This document shows positions 23,041 to 34,003 of a stretch of 44,976 nucleotides of DNA, piece after piece. The stretch is taken from positions 43,822,641 through 43,867,616 of the forward strand of contig NC_057724.1 in the NCBI RefSeq assembly GCF_004010195.1. The letters run 5' to 3'. This DNA is from Chiloscyllium plagiosum (taxonomy: Eukaryota). A model generated the notes under the pieces. That model did not search any database. It was not told where the DNA came from and was given only the letters and a program-made list of their open reading frames with translations. The translations under genes were made by a program, and so were the position numbers. Position 1 is the stretch's first letter. Each line of letters begins with the position of its first letter.

Positions 23041-23408
23041 GGGAAATTAGGGTCATTGAATCAACCAAATAACCTTCATGAGAAATTTGCTTGTGATTCC
23101 ACAATCCTGCAATAAAACTATCCATACTCAGATGTAGAACACAAAATATGGAGACAAATATCAGCCACAGCTAGTACCTCCAGGATTGGAGAGCAGAAAA
23201 GTAGGAAAGCATTCATTCATTCTTCTTCATAATGGTCAACCATTTACAAGCTTGACCTCCTTTAGCGACCATACATGTTCACTATCACTGGTAGCAGATG
23301 GTTCAGCAGGAGACAAAAGTGCAGCTACATGTTTGCTTGTCTTTGATGATTCTGCTATCAATATTTTACCACAGCTTCTATTTCTCATCTGTTAGCCAGA
23401 TAAGATGT

Positions 23409-23749
23409 TGGCTAACACCAATTGTTACAGTTAACCTGAGAATGTAACTTTTAAAAAAAAAGTTTTGTGATTTACAATATAAAAGAAGTGAAACTATCAT
23501 GGTATTCAAACAGATGAAAAGACTCAACAAGCAATCAAGGTATTTGTCAATGTATAATTTCAGTTACATCACACTGTAAACTTTTGCTATAAATTGTGTG
23601 TCTTAACAATTGTGTCCTCCACAACCACCTGATGAAGGAGCGACGCTCCGAAAGCTAGTGCTTCCAATTAAACCTGTTGGACTATAACCTGGTGTTGGGC
23701 GATTTTTAACTTTGTACATCCTAGTCCAACACCGGCAACTCAAAATCAT
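23409..23749 (+). mobile_element. Penelope-like family B terminal repeat
   Basis: Highly similar to the reverse complement of 24447-24760. Ends GTCCAACACCGGCAACTCAAAATCAT. Confidence 0.85.
23626..23660 (+). ncRNA. Minimal type I hammerhead ribozyme, intact core
   Basis: CAC-CTGATGA-A-GGAGC-GAC-GCTCC-GAAA-GC-TA-GTG: stem I CAC/GTG, stem II 5 bp, palindromic AGCT stem III, CUA cleavage triplet at 23655-23657. Confidence 0.85.
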
Positions 23750-24088
23750 AACCTAAATTAGATGCTGTGTTCACTTGATAAGCTCAAGCAACCCAGATGA
23801 AATATATAAACCTAGTAAGCTGCCTTGGAATTAATATTTTAAATCAAGTAGCATTGGAACTCAAAGAGGCATCAAGAAATTTACATCTCTTGTTTTACTT
23901 GCATTTGCATGATATCTGAACAAATTGAGATGAAAAAAATGCCTACAACTATTAATGACACAGACACCGTACCCAGAAAGGAGTGGTATATCAACAGCAG
24001 TCATTGAATAAAAAAGGTAAGAAACAGTAATATGAATGGGGAACAGCAAGGAATCTGGAAGCTCTTCTCTCTCTCTCTAATGACAGAT

Positions 24089-24249
24089 GGGGAGCTGCCA
24101 GTGTTGGACTGGGATGGATAAAGTCACAAGTCAAGTTATAGTCCAACAGGTTTATTTGAGCGCAGCTCCTTCATCAGCCATGCTCCAAAAGCTTGTGATT
24201 TCAAATAAACTGGTTGGACGGTAGCCTCGTGTCATGTGACTTCTGACTG
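24089..24249. mobile_element. Older family B fold-back element with imperfect 11-bp TSD
   Basis: Inverted arms GTCCAACAGGTTTATTTGA / TCAAATAAACTGGTTGGAC. Flanks TAATGACAGAT (24078-24088) and TAATCACAGAT (24250-24260). Confidence 0.7.
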
Positions 24250-24917
24250 TAATCACAGATACCAACATCAATTAATCAAGCAGCTCTGATAACTCATCAT
24301 GGAGCAGCAACTCAAGATCTGGAAACTTCACCACTGCTAAAGAAATAGAACAGTTAGACTTGCGTATGTTCATTCTCACAACTAAAAAGACTCCTAAACC
24401 AAAAGTAACTGCAATTGTAGTTCTTGTCTCTGCTGTGTTTGAGGTTATGATTTGGAGATACAAAGTTAAAAATCACACAACACCAGGTTATAGTCCAACA
24501 GGTTTAATTGGAAGCCCACTAGATTTCGGAGCGTCGCTCCTTCATCAGGTGATTGTGGAGGGCTTGATCGTAACACAGAATTTATAGCAAAAATTTGCAG
24601 TGTGATGTAACTGAAATTACACATTGAAGAATTGATTGTCTGTTAAGCCTTTCATCTGTTAGAATACAGTGATAGTTTCACTTCTTTCATGTGTAAATCA
24701 CAAAACCCTTTTTTTAAAAGTTGCATTCTCGGGTTAGCTGTTAACAATGGTGATAGCTAGACAATATGTTGAAGGTGTTAGCCCCCTGTGTTCTCTGTCT
24801 ATGACCTGATGTTTAGATTGATTCCAACCTAAAAAGTGAGATAACAGAGTTTTACATAAATTCATTCATCTCCGAATCATGATTTGGAGATGCCGGTGTT
24901 GAACTGGGGTGTACAAA

Positions 24918-25090
24918 GTTAAAAATCACACAACACCAGGTTATAGTCCAACAGGTTTAATTGGAAGCACACTAGCTTTCGGAGCGACGCTCCTTCGTCA
25001 GGTGATCCGGATGAAGGAGCGTTGCTCCGAAAGCAGTGTGCTTCCAATTAAACCTGTTGGACTATAACCTGGTGTTGTGTGATTTTTAAC
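24918..25090. repeat. Long near-perfect inverted repeat (arms about 84 bp, spacer about 6 bp)
   Basis: GTTAAAAATCACACAACACCAGGTTATAGTCCAACAGG... pairs with ...CCTGTTGGACTATAACCTGGTGTTGTGTGATTTTTAAC. Confidence 0.95.
24970..25004 (-). ncRNA. Minimal hammerhead ribozyme, intact core
   Basis: Minus strand CAC-CTGACGA-A-GGAGC-GTC-GCTCC-GAAA-GC-TA-GTG. Confidence 0.85.
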
Positions 25091-26394
25091 TGTGTTTGAG
25101 GTTGTATTTGATTTTTCTTTTGGAGTATTCGGTGTTAGTATGCCACTCTCCTTCATTCAAGAGAACTTTGGACTTGGCTCTCCTTCATTTTTGATCTGCT
25201 TAAGACAAATTAATTAACATGTAACATGCAAAAAAGAGAAAGATAACTATTCATTTGACTGACCCAGAGAGTGCTAATACAAAAAGAGGGGTCATGATAC
25301 CTCCTCATCTGGTTCTAACAAATCAAAATTCCACACAGATGCAGATATTAGGATATTAGAAATCCAAAATTCCTCCCCTGGGACTTGGCCCAGGTTGAAT
25401 AAAGACGGAACATTCCGCTTGTGTAGCTCCTGCACAGCCACCACTTAGCCAGAAGATTCTTTAAACAGCTACGGAAGGGAGATCATGAGGGATACAGAAA
25501 ATTACTTGGGACATTTTTCTATAATATACAATCATCCCTTTAAAGTTTTAAATCAAACTGAAGTTGATAAAGGAGGGCTATATTCGACATTCACGATATG
25601 TACTTGGTGTACAAATAGCTAACATGATTATTCTGCCACTGATAATGCAAACAAGTTACAACCTAACAGTATACATCTTATCTTAAATCTGATAAACAGT
25701 GCAGTTCTCATCAAGATGCCAGACATTTGCCATCATCCGTTTCAGACAAACCCACCCCCCCATCCACCATATGCTTCAGTTCAATTTTCCCAAGTGAGGA
25801 GTTTGACAGGCATCAACATTCCATGGATTGCAGAAAACTAAAGCTTCAGTCACATCAGAGGCAGAGGGGTGAGGGAATAAAAAGATAACACAGGAGAGAA
25901 AAACAAAAAGCATGTAAAGATAGATAAATCCTTACAAATTGGTGACTGAAAAATAACAAAACTTCCAGTTACAACACAGTTGAACAAATTGTGAAAAGTA
26001 CTAAAGCATGGAAAATCCAACAGAATAAAATGAGGTGATTGATCCTGCACTAAATCTTTTCAGTAGATAAATTATGTGACAAGGTTTACAATGTTTGTTT
26101 TGAAACAATAAACATTAATGAAGTGGGGAATTCTTCACTGTGTATTATGTGAGATGTGCAGTGAGACCAGTCACTGCGCTGAGATTATTCACTGAAAATG
26201 CTGCACAAGGAAAGTCAGCAACAAATTTAGCTAAACTAAAAGGATCTGTTGAAGGGATTCCAGCCCCACCCACACAGTTATCCTATACAAAAATGTTATA
26301 TTCCAGCAATATATTATGATTAATACCAAGCTTCTCTTTGAAAGGCAGTTTGAGTGTAAAACATTCCAAATCACCTCATGGGAGAATTGTACAT

Positions 26395-26530
26395 GAAGGA
26401 AGAATTAGAAGAGTTGGAGGTTTGGTTTAGGAGAAAGCTTTTGAAGATCAGTAGAAATTTTTTAAAAAGGGTGAGATTTAGGAAGGGAATTCCAGAGTAC
26501 AAGAGCTCTTCCATCAACAGCAACAATAAG
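26395..26530 (-). mobile_element. Decayed L2-like 3' fragment
   Basis: GATTTAGGAAGGGAATTCCAGAG reads LWNSLP on the minus strand, as at 22850. Confidence 0.45.
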
Positions 26531-26559
26531 GGACTTGGTAGGAACCAAATTAGAAAAGT

Positions 26560-26655
26560 GGGAAGAAAGTGTTGGAGAAACTCAGCAAGTCTGGCAGCAT
26601 CTGTAAACAGAGAAACAGTTAACATTTCAAATCTAGTATGACTCTTTTTAAGAAA
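26560..26655 (-). mobile_element. Penelope-like family C fragment, decayed hammerhead
   Basis: TGGAGAAACTCAGCAAGTCTGGCAGCATCTGTAAACAGAGAAACAGTTAACATTTC...ATGACTCTT matches 7140-7240 and 15707-15838. Confidence 0.65.
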
Positions 26656-27234
26656 CATTGACATGAAATCATAGGAATTTTGGCCAAGGTCAGATTCTGA
26701 TAAGCCATTTCAACCTTACACCTGGTGTAGACCTTATCAAATGTGATAACAGGCTGTTGACTATATGATCTTTCTCTCTTTGCCTAAGAAGGCAGTCAAT
26801 TGCTGCTGTTGATTTTACGATAGTGTTCTGTAGACATTTTGATAGATGCGTATTGATACTTCATAGTTCTGGGGTGAGTCATTACTGACTAAATTTTAAT
26901 AAATCACTCCTCAAATATTCAGAAAGTAACTCTTCTCTTCATTGTTAGCAGGGAAGGAATTTGATTCAAGATATCTTGAAACAACCATTTCACGCTTCCA
27001 GTTGCCTACACAAGATCAAAGCAGCCTATCAACTCCTGCAAAGGCATCTGTCTCATTTGCTTAAACACAAGACACAACTTTAACTAGTTGTTACCGAACA
27101 CCCTACAGCATCTCAAAAATACTAGGAACATGTGTAAAGCACACTGTACTGAGAGAAATAACTAGAGCCTTTTCCAAACAAACCATGTTGTTCCACAAAA
27201 TTGGAGGGGGGTTGTGAAATAACATTACAGACGA

Positions 27235-27312
27235 AGATCTGAAGGGTTGCACCTGCAACTTCTCCCCTTCCTGATGCTGCCTGCCTTGCTGTGTTCTTCT
27301 AGCCTCCTGTTT
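27235..27312 (+). mobile_element. Penelope-like family A fragment, decayed
   Basis: CCTGATGCTGCCTGCCTTGCTGTGTTCTTCTAGC resembles 200-235. Confidence 0.55.
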
Positions 27313-27742
27313 TTCTACCACAAAACAATGGCCATTCATTCCAGAACTTTCTACTCAATTCCATACTCTCCCGATCCAAAGATGATGGGCTGAATCTTAC
27401 TGCTTATTGGCTACATTTCATTTTTCTTAAGTTTCTCTCTACAAGGCCGAGCAAGTTTTCTTGCATGATCATCAAAACAACCACCAGCATGCCTCTCATC
27501 CAATGTTAGTCTGATTCCACCACTCACATAGTCAGAAGGACTCACCACTGCCAGGACAGGTCAGAATAGACTGGCATCCTTGACGCCAGTGCCATCTTTC
27601 TTTAAAGGGCTGTGGCACACCTGGACAAGCACCATCAGCCAGGGGCCACACTGTACAGTATATGACATTTGGGATAGGATGTGCAGAGGTGGTGGGAGGA
27701 GCAGACTAGCATTACGAGTCAAAACCAGGCCTTGCCACCCAG

Positions 27743-27797
27743 ATTCTGGATTAGTGGTGCTGGAAGAGCACAGCAATTCAGGCAGCATCCGAGGACA
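27743..27797 (-). mobile_element. Penelope-like family A fragment nested in the Harbinger-like element
   Basis: GATTCTGGATTAGTGGTGCTGGAAGAGCACAGCAATTCAGGCAGCATCCGAGGA is almost the exact reverse complement of 197-250. Confidence 0.8.
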
Positions 27798-28584
27798 GTT
27801 GAGGTCCCCACTTGAGCCAGTGCAGTGTCAGTGATCTGGAGGAATGCCCAGCACTTTAGGATGCTCAAAGAACTTCTCCACTTTGCCATCTTTTTTGTAC
27901 TATCTCACACTCAATCCATCTCTACTAATGCACACACCTTCCACAAGGCTTTACCGTTCTTATTAATGCATACAACAAGTTCTCCAATTACTCTTATCAT
28001 TGCCTCCCCTTCCAACACCTCAGAACACTAACACTGTGTCCTCTGCGCTGCCTATTCCCTCACTCGGGCCATTTCACCCCCCCACCAACACCAGCAGTAA
28101 TGACTAAACTACCCACTTTCATCTCACTCAATCCCTCTCTGTCTCAGTGCAAGGCAAAATGGCCAGTAATAGGATAGAAACAGCCAAGAAGATGGTGGGA
28201 TGCCCAGCATTCTGCTCCACACCTAACATAATGAGGGTATGGCCCTGACCAACCAAGGTGGCCAATCATTCCCAAGCCCCTGGACTGATACTGAAGACTG
28301 TCCTTGACCTATGGTACTGGGATGCCCAGCCTATCACATGACTACAAACACCACAGCTTCCTGTAACTTTGAGACATGGCCATTTGGTTGATGCAAATGC
28401 AATTTGCCTACCACTTAAGCTCTAGCACATGATACAGGTATAACACTGACGTAGCATGATCCATTTGGTGGATTGTAACCACTTACAAATTGTGACAAGT
28501 TGCCTGACACTGCGTCAGCTAAAAGTCAGGCAGGGCAAGGCAGAGTAGCTGGCAGCATCCAGACCCAAAGTGAGTGAGCATTAG

Positions 28585-28632
28585 GGGAAAGAGAGAGGAG
28601 GAGAGGGAGAGGGAGAGAGAAAGAGAGAGAGA
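28585..28632. repeat. GA-rich simple repeat
   Basis: GAGAGGAGGAGAGGGAGAGGGAGAGAGAAAGAGAGAGAGA, direct reading. Confidence 0.8.
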
Positions 28633-29699
28633 AGCCCTAAGATGCTGCCGGGTCTGTTGGTGAGTCAGGTGCTTGTCCCTGCAAGGAAAATGTCCTTGTA
28701 GAAGTACTTTACAACAAAAAGGGTGCCAGTATGCTCCAAAAAGCAGTTCTCTTGCCACACCCTAGTCAGAATTTTATCAACTCGTGGAATTCTATTCAAA
28801 AATGCATCTCATTGCTCCCAACATCGTCCTGGACGTCACACATAATTCTTCCAGATTTCTTTGTCACAATCAATGTTACTCTGGGCTTGCTAAGATTCCA
28901 CCCAGAGTTTTCTAATCGCAGAAATGGGGACTCAAATGGGAGTTTTGTTTGTTTACTCTTCATTGTGATTTTATTCCTAAAATTTGAAATCTATGGATAA
29001 TAGGCAATAGTAAGCTTTCAGCTTTTCAATCACAAATTACCAATTTGGTGAGTTTCACTGGGTGAAATTAAGACAACAAACATTTTCTCATTAATTCATA
29101 CCATAAAATGAATTGGTTTTGTATAAGCAATCCATGGTTTTTAGAAATCATTGGATTTATGCCCCCCCCCCCCGCCCAGCACTAACATTTGAATTAATCA
29201 TGTTGAAATTAAAGCTTCTCAGTGTTGTTAAAGGGGAAGGTTGGGTTGCTAATGTGTCAGAATTCACAGTCAGAGCAAACATTACAATCTTTGTTCGGCA
29301 GAACAGAAACAGACAGCAAATATTTGTCTTAGGTGCAGAGTCCAGAAGATTTCAGAGAGGAACTGAGTCTTTTCCTTTCTATCATCACCAAACAAATGAC
29401 AATACATCAAGGACTTTGCATGTTCTGGGGATGGCAAACAGAAATGGTAAGGCCCTCCTGACTCTATGGCAACAGCATGGTACAATAGAGCCGAAGCAGT
29501 CTCACTAACATTTCACGAACTGGCGGTAAGTGAAGACCTGTTTTAGCAGCACATCTTAAATCTATACTTTACTCCTATCCTGATGGTGTCTACTTGTAAT
29601 CCTGCTGGAAGTTATTTCCTTCTTTTCTTCTTTATGTCTCCCAATGAATCGAACAGAATATTTAATTTGGAGCCATCTTAGTCAAACCCAATCTAGACC

Positions 29700-29810
29700 C
29701 ACCCAAAGCTCTCACACACCTTTCCCACAGTGTTGATCAGAGGCCGGGCACTGAAGCCATTGCCAGCCTCAGCTAAGATCAGCTGACTCAGTAGATTCAA
29801 TCCTGGGACA
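29700..29810 (-). mobile_element. Decayed SINE-like fragment
   Basis: GCTAAGATCAGCTGACTCAG...TCCTGGGAC. A related plus-strand segment GCTGAGTTAGC lies at about 37900-38000. Confidence 0.35.
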
Positions 29811-30404
29811 ATGCTGTTGTCCGTGTCTCAATGGGAAGGTAGGTTGTCCATTTATCCAGTAGGTCAATGAACTCCCTTTTCAATCACAGAATTACTTGTG
29901 CATGCTCAATTCCACGTTCTTAGCTTTGTTAACCATTCTGGAAAGGGGAGAACATTGAATTGACATGAAGGAAGAGAATTAGGGGTAGGATGGTAAGCAA
30001 ACATTTTTTCCAATCTTGGAAAAGACTTTGAAATTGATCCTTCTAACTAACAGGATGAATCTTCATTGGCAAGCCACAATAGATCAAGAACTACTTAAAT
30101 TTAACAGCTAAGCCTTACTTAAACTCCACTATCTATATGTTCCAGACAGGAGATTAACAGGGAGCGATAAAAAAATTGCTTCACCCAGAGTCATCCACAG
30201 TGACAACCACAGGGGTGCGCCATCATTTGTGTGGGCTCATGTGGGTTCTTTCTATGGAAGGCTTCAGCTTTCCTTGTGAGGCCTGGAAGACATCACTACA
30301 CAACAATAGGGAATGACGTATTGCAAGGTCATTGGCTCTGTATCACCTCTCCCTGAGTCCTGCTGCAATTATGATAAACTCTATTGCCATGGATGAACAG
30401 TCAG

Positions 30405-31817
30405 AAAATTGGAGATAGGAGGATGGCTAATGCGATGCCATTATTTCAGAAAGGTGGTAAGAGAAAGCGAGGGAACTATAGATTGGTGAGCCTGATATTG
30501 GTGCTGGTTAAGTTTTTGGACAGGATTGAAATATATTTGGAAAGACAAGGATTGATTAGGGATAGTCAACATGACTTTGTAGATGGGAAATCATGTCTCA
30601 CAAATTTGATTGAGTTTTTTTGACAAGTGACAAGAAGGTTGATGAAGGTAGAGCAGTGGATGTTCTCAATATGGACATCAGCAAGGCTTTCGACAAGGCT
30701 CCACATGGTAGGCTTGTTAGCAAGGTTAGATCACATGGAATCCACAGGGAGCTAGTCACTGAATAAAAAAATTGGCTTGAAGGTAGGAGACGGAGGGTGG
30801 TGGGATGAAGGATTGCCTTTCAGACTGGAGGCCTGTGACCAGTGTGCCACAAAGATCGGCCCTGGGTCCACTGCTTTTTGTCATTTATATAAATGATTTG
30901 GATATGAATATAGAACGAATGGTTAGAAAGTTTGCAGATAACACCAAAATTGGTGATGTAGTGGACAGCAAAGAAGAGTACAATGGGATCTTGATCAGAT
31001 GGGTCAGTGGGCCAAGGAGTGGCAGACGGTGTTTAATTTAAATAAATGTGAGGTGCTGCATCTTGGAAATCAGGACTTATTCACTTATTAGTAAGGTCCT
31101 GGGGAGTGTTGCTGAACAAAGAGATCTTGGAGTGCAGGCTCATAGTTCCTTGAAGGTGGAGTCACAGATACATAGGATACTGAAGGAGGCCTTTGGTACA
31201 CTGGCCTTTATTTGTCAGAGCATGGAGTATAGGAGTTGGGAAGTCACGTTGCAATTGTAAACGAAGTTGGTTAGGCCACCTTTGGAATACTGTGTTCAAT
31301 TCTGGCCTCCCTGCTACAGGAAAGATGTTGTGAAACTTGAAAGAATGCAGCAAAGATTTACAAGGATGTTGCCCAGGTTGGAGGATTTGAGCTACAGTGA
31401 GAAGCAGAATAGGCTGGGGCTGCTTTCCCTGGAGCATCGGAGGCTAAGGGGTGACCTTATAGCGGGTTATAAAATCATGAGGGGACATAAATAGAGTGAA
31501 TAGCCAAAGTCTTTTCCCCTCAGAGTAAAACTAGAGGGCAGAGGTTTGAGGTCAGAGGGAAAAGATTTCAAAGGGATCCAAGGGACAGCCTTTTCACAGA
31601 GGGTGATGCGTGAATGGAATGAGTTGCTAGAGGGAGTGTTGGAGGCTAGTACAGTTATAACATTTAAAAGGCATCTGGGTGGGTATATGAATAGGAAGGG
31701 TTTGGAGGGACATGGGCCGCGTGCTGGCAAATGGGACCAGATTAATTTAGGATATCTGGTCAGCGTGGATGGGTTGGACCAAACAGTCTGTTTCCATGCT
31801 CTATATCGCTATGACTC
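30405..31817 (+). mobile_element. CR1/HER1 LINE, 5'-truncated RT and 3' tail
   Basis: GNYRLVSL, QHDFVDGKSCLTNLIEFF, PQRSALGPLLFVIYINDLD...KFADNTKIG, RPPLEYCVQFW, RRLRGDLI, and the HER1 tail GGGTTGGACCAAACAGTCTGTTTCCATGCT. Confidence 0.95.
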
Positions 31818-32521
31818 ATTAACTGTTTTCTCCTTCATTAATGCCTCCCCAATGCAATGGCACCCTTCAACCAGCACCAGTAAGAAATCAAATGGAAAAA
31901 GCATTAGCCATTTCACAGACTGAGCGCCCACAACAGGGAACAATGTGATGCATCAGAAACACATTTCTAAGCTAGCAAGTAAAAGGATTTCACATCTGCT
32001 CGACCAATGAAAGGGGCTTTGAAGGCAAAGCTAATGTTTCCAATGTTGCAAGGCACCAGCTGTCTTCCCTTGACTCAGAGAGATTTTGGCCCTTGACCTT
32101 GACACTCTGCCATACACAAATCCCAACTGCAAACCTTCATATCTCTTTCAATCATTGGTTTTCAGAGTCTTGCAGATAGCCCTTCTAGAGATGGCTATCT
32201 CAAAGCTGAAACCACAACCCTCTCCAGAGTGTGACCACACAGAAAAAACAGCATTGCTGACTGCCTTGTTAACTACTTCCATATGTGTACACAGTTCCAT
32301 TTTAAGCTTACAAGAAGATGACACCATTCCCAATTCCACAGAATAATATTTCATGGCCAAAAATTTTGTACATAAATTAGAATATTTTACAGAACTCTCC
32401 AAAGCAACTCGTTATGGAATCCTGACTGCATGTACTACTGAACACTGTTTTTCCTCCAGTCTTAGCCCATTCTCTGTTAATGCTGCTGGTTACTAACCTT
32501 TATTACTCCCTTAAATAAAGT

Positions 32522-32651
32522 TAAAAATCACAATCAGGTGCCTGAAGAAGAAACAGCATTCTGAAAGCTAGTGCTTCCAAATAAGCGTGTTGGACCATAA
32601 CCTGGTGTTGTGTGATTTTTAATTTTGTCCAACACCAGCTCCTCTACATCA
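32522..32651 (+). mobile_element. Short family B element with inverted 5' stub and 15-bp direct repeats
   Basis: TCCCTTAAATAAAGT at 32507-32521 and 32652-32666. Decayed core CTGAAGAAG...GAAAGCTAGTG. Confidence 0.8.
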
Positions 32652-33715
32652 TCCCTTAAATAAAGTAGCCATTGTTTTGTGTTCAATAGCCACCAGCAAG
32701 CATTTAATTAAAATGGCACCAAAATCAAACCAGGGCCTGTCTTCCATTCACTCACATATCAGCAAAAGAGACACGAAGTAAATTTTCTCCCTATCCGTTG
32801 CCACTGAATGCAGTTATTGAAAGCAATCTAGTGCCATAGCTGAGAGTTGGGATCTTGGATGCTGATGATCTATATAACTGGATATTCTCTCCATTGGGTA
32901 ATCCATTTCCAATGCAGACGTTTAGAGGTCACACAAAATATTTTAAACTTTGTCACCTATCTACCTTCCAATAATCCAAAATGCTGGGGAACAATTGTTC
33001 TTGGGCACTGTATATGTTTTGATATTCACTTTCTTTTGGATCCATAATTTTTTTTAAAAACACAGCAATAAACTATTGATGCAATTATGACATGCTCTCC
33101 ACTTAAAATGACTGAAAACAGTGTTAAAGCACCATTCTCCTTTAAGACTGAGCTGGCACCAAAACGTTTAACACAAGACATCATTCATATTCTCTTCAAC
33201 TTTCTCATGGGTCTCCTTCAACTGTCATTTTTCTGTTTCACTGCATGATTTTCCAATTTCAACAGATCATTTACATATTTTTGACTATAACCAATGAAAA
33301 TAATTCATTTCCAGACTTGCTTTTCCAAAGATTTTATAAACTATACCTGCTGTGTATTTAAAGAGACAGGCCATTTCCTCACTAGGTTTTCAATAAAATA
33401 TTTAGGACAGAAGTAAAATTTTCAGCATCCATCTGAACGAGGAAGTGCTATCTGCCCTTCAAGATTTAGATGGTGACAGCACACAGTGTTTCCAGCTGAT
33501 ACATTAAGGATATAGTACAGTGTGTCAGAATTATATCACTTGCTGTGGCAGAAAGAGTCTAAAGTAATGGATTAAGAAAAGCAGCAGCATTTTTCATAAC
33601 ATTAGTGCGTCGAAGGTTTAAGTGCAATCCACTTCAATATTCAGCAGCATATTGGAATTTACCATTTCGTATGGCTCAATATCATACCATAAGGTACATT
33701 TATCCACTCTGCCAG

Positions 33716-34003
33716 AGATTGATTAGATTAGATTTCCTACAGTGTGGAAACAGGCCCTTCGGCCCAACCAGTCCACACCGACCCTCGAAGAGTAACCTAC
33801 CCAGACCCATTTCTTAACACTATGGGCAATTTAGCATGGCCAATTCACTAACCTGCACATCTTTGGACTGTGGGAGGAAACCAGAGCACCTGGAGGAAAC
33901 CCAAGCCGACACGAGGAGAACGTGCAAACTCCACACACTGGAATTGAACCTGGGACCCTGGTGCTGTGAGGCAGCAGTGCTAACCACTGAGCCACCCTGT
34001 CAC
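33716..34003 (-). mobile_element. HE1-like SINE
   Basis: Minus strand GGTGGCTCAGTGGTTAGCACTGCTGCCTCACAGCACCAGGGTCCCAGGTTCAATTCC head, V-core, and ATCTA tail. Confidence 0.92.

Larger units (their letters stand above)
20290..23400 (-). mobile_element. Fossil Ty3/Gypsy LTR retrotransposon gag-pol, interrupted by younger insertions
   Basis: Minus-strand remnants in order: gag-like ALLSPAEP (about 23300); decayed zinc knuckle RCYHYRSRHASNC (about 22700); protease FVIDTSAAVSVIPE (22290-22331); LPLLIIGGKNVCLPKGRNWLK; AKPTFCQARSVPLAELEVVTTELRRLE (about 21870-21960); RT DLSNAY (about 21320), FYQYKQ, LLDYGIKSKKHKCCF (about 21100-21170); LLIHYDPKK (about 20820-20850). Confidence 0.85.
24447..25090 (-). 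mobile_element. Young composite Penelope-like family B insertion (partial tandem plus inverted terminal copy) with 13-14 bp TSD
   Basis: (C)TGTGTTTGAGGTT at 24433-24446 and 25090-25103. Two minus-strand terminal repeats (from 24447 and about 24879) and one plus copy (25008-25090). Three hammerhead motifs. Confidence 0.9.
27387..28903 (+). mobile_element. PIF/Harbinger-like DNA transposon remnant with decayed Myb/SANT-like coding pieces
   Basis: Imperfect TIRs GGGCTGAATCTTA (27387-27399) and TAAGATTCCACCC (28891-28903), 11/13 match. Inverted subterminal similarity about 27430-27447 vs 28693-28710. Peptides SAVSVIWRNAQHFRMLKELLHFA and KMASNRIETAKKMVG loosely resemble Harbinger Myb/SANT proteins. 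No clean TWA TSD. Confidence 0.5.

Noticed and set aside
24447-25090. CRISPR-like or bacterial IS interpretation of the recurring repeats
   Set aside because: Repeats are dispersed or inverted, not regularly spaced with unique spacers, and the context is eukaryotic retroelement DNA.
24272-25156. 75-aa minus-strand ORF restored when the 24447-25103 insertion is removed (MKESGILTPNTPKEK...ELLD)
   Set aside because: The length is within chance expectation and there is no recognisable motif.
29333-29446. Plus-strand 114-nt symmetric exon candidate (TTAG|GTGCAG...ATG|GTAAGG) inside ORF 29113-29508
   Set aside because: Two frames are open but neither is recognisable. The pyrimidine tract is short, it has no partner exons, and it lies opposite to the other candidates. 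It cannot be excluded without RNA-seq.
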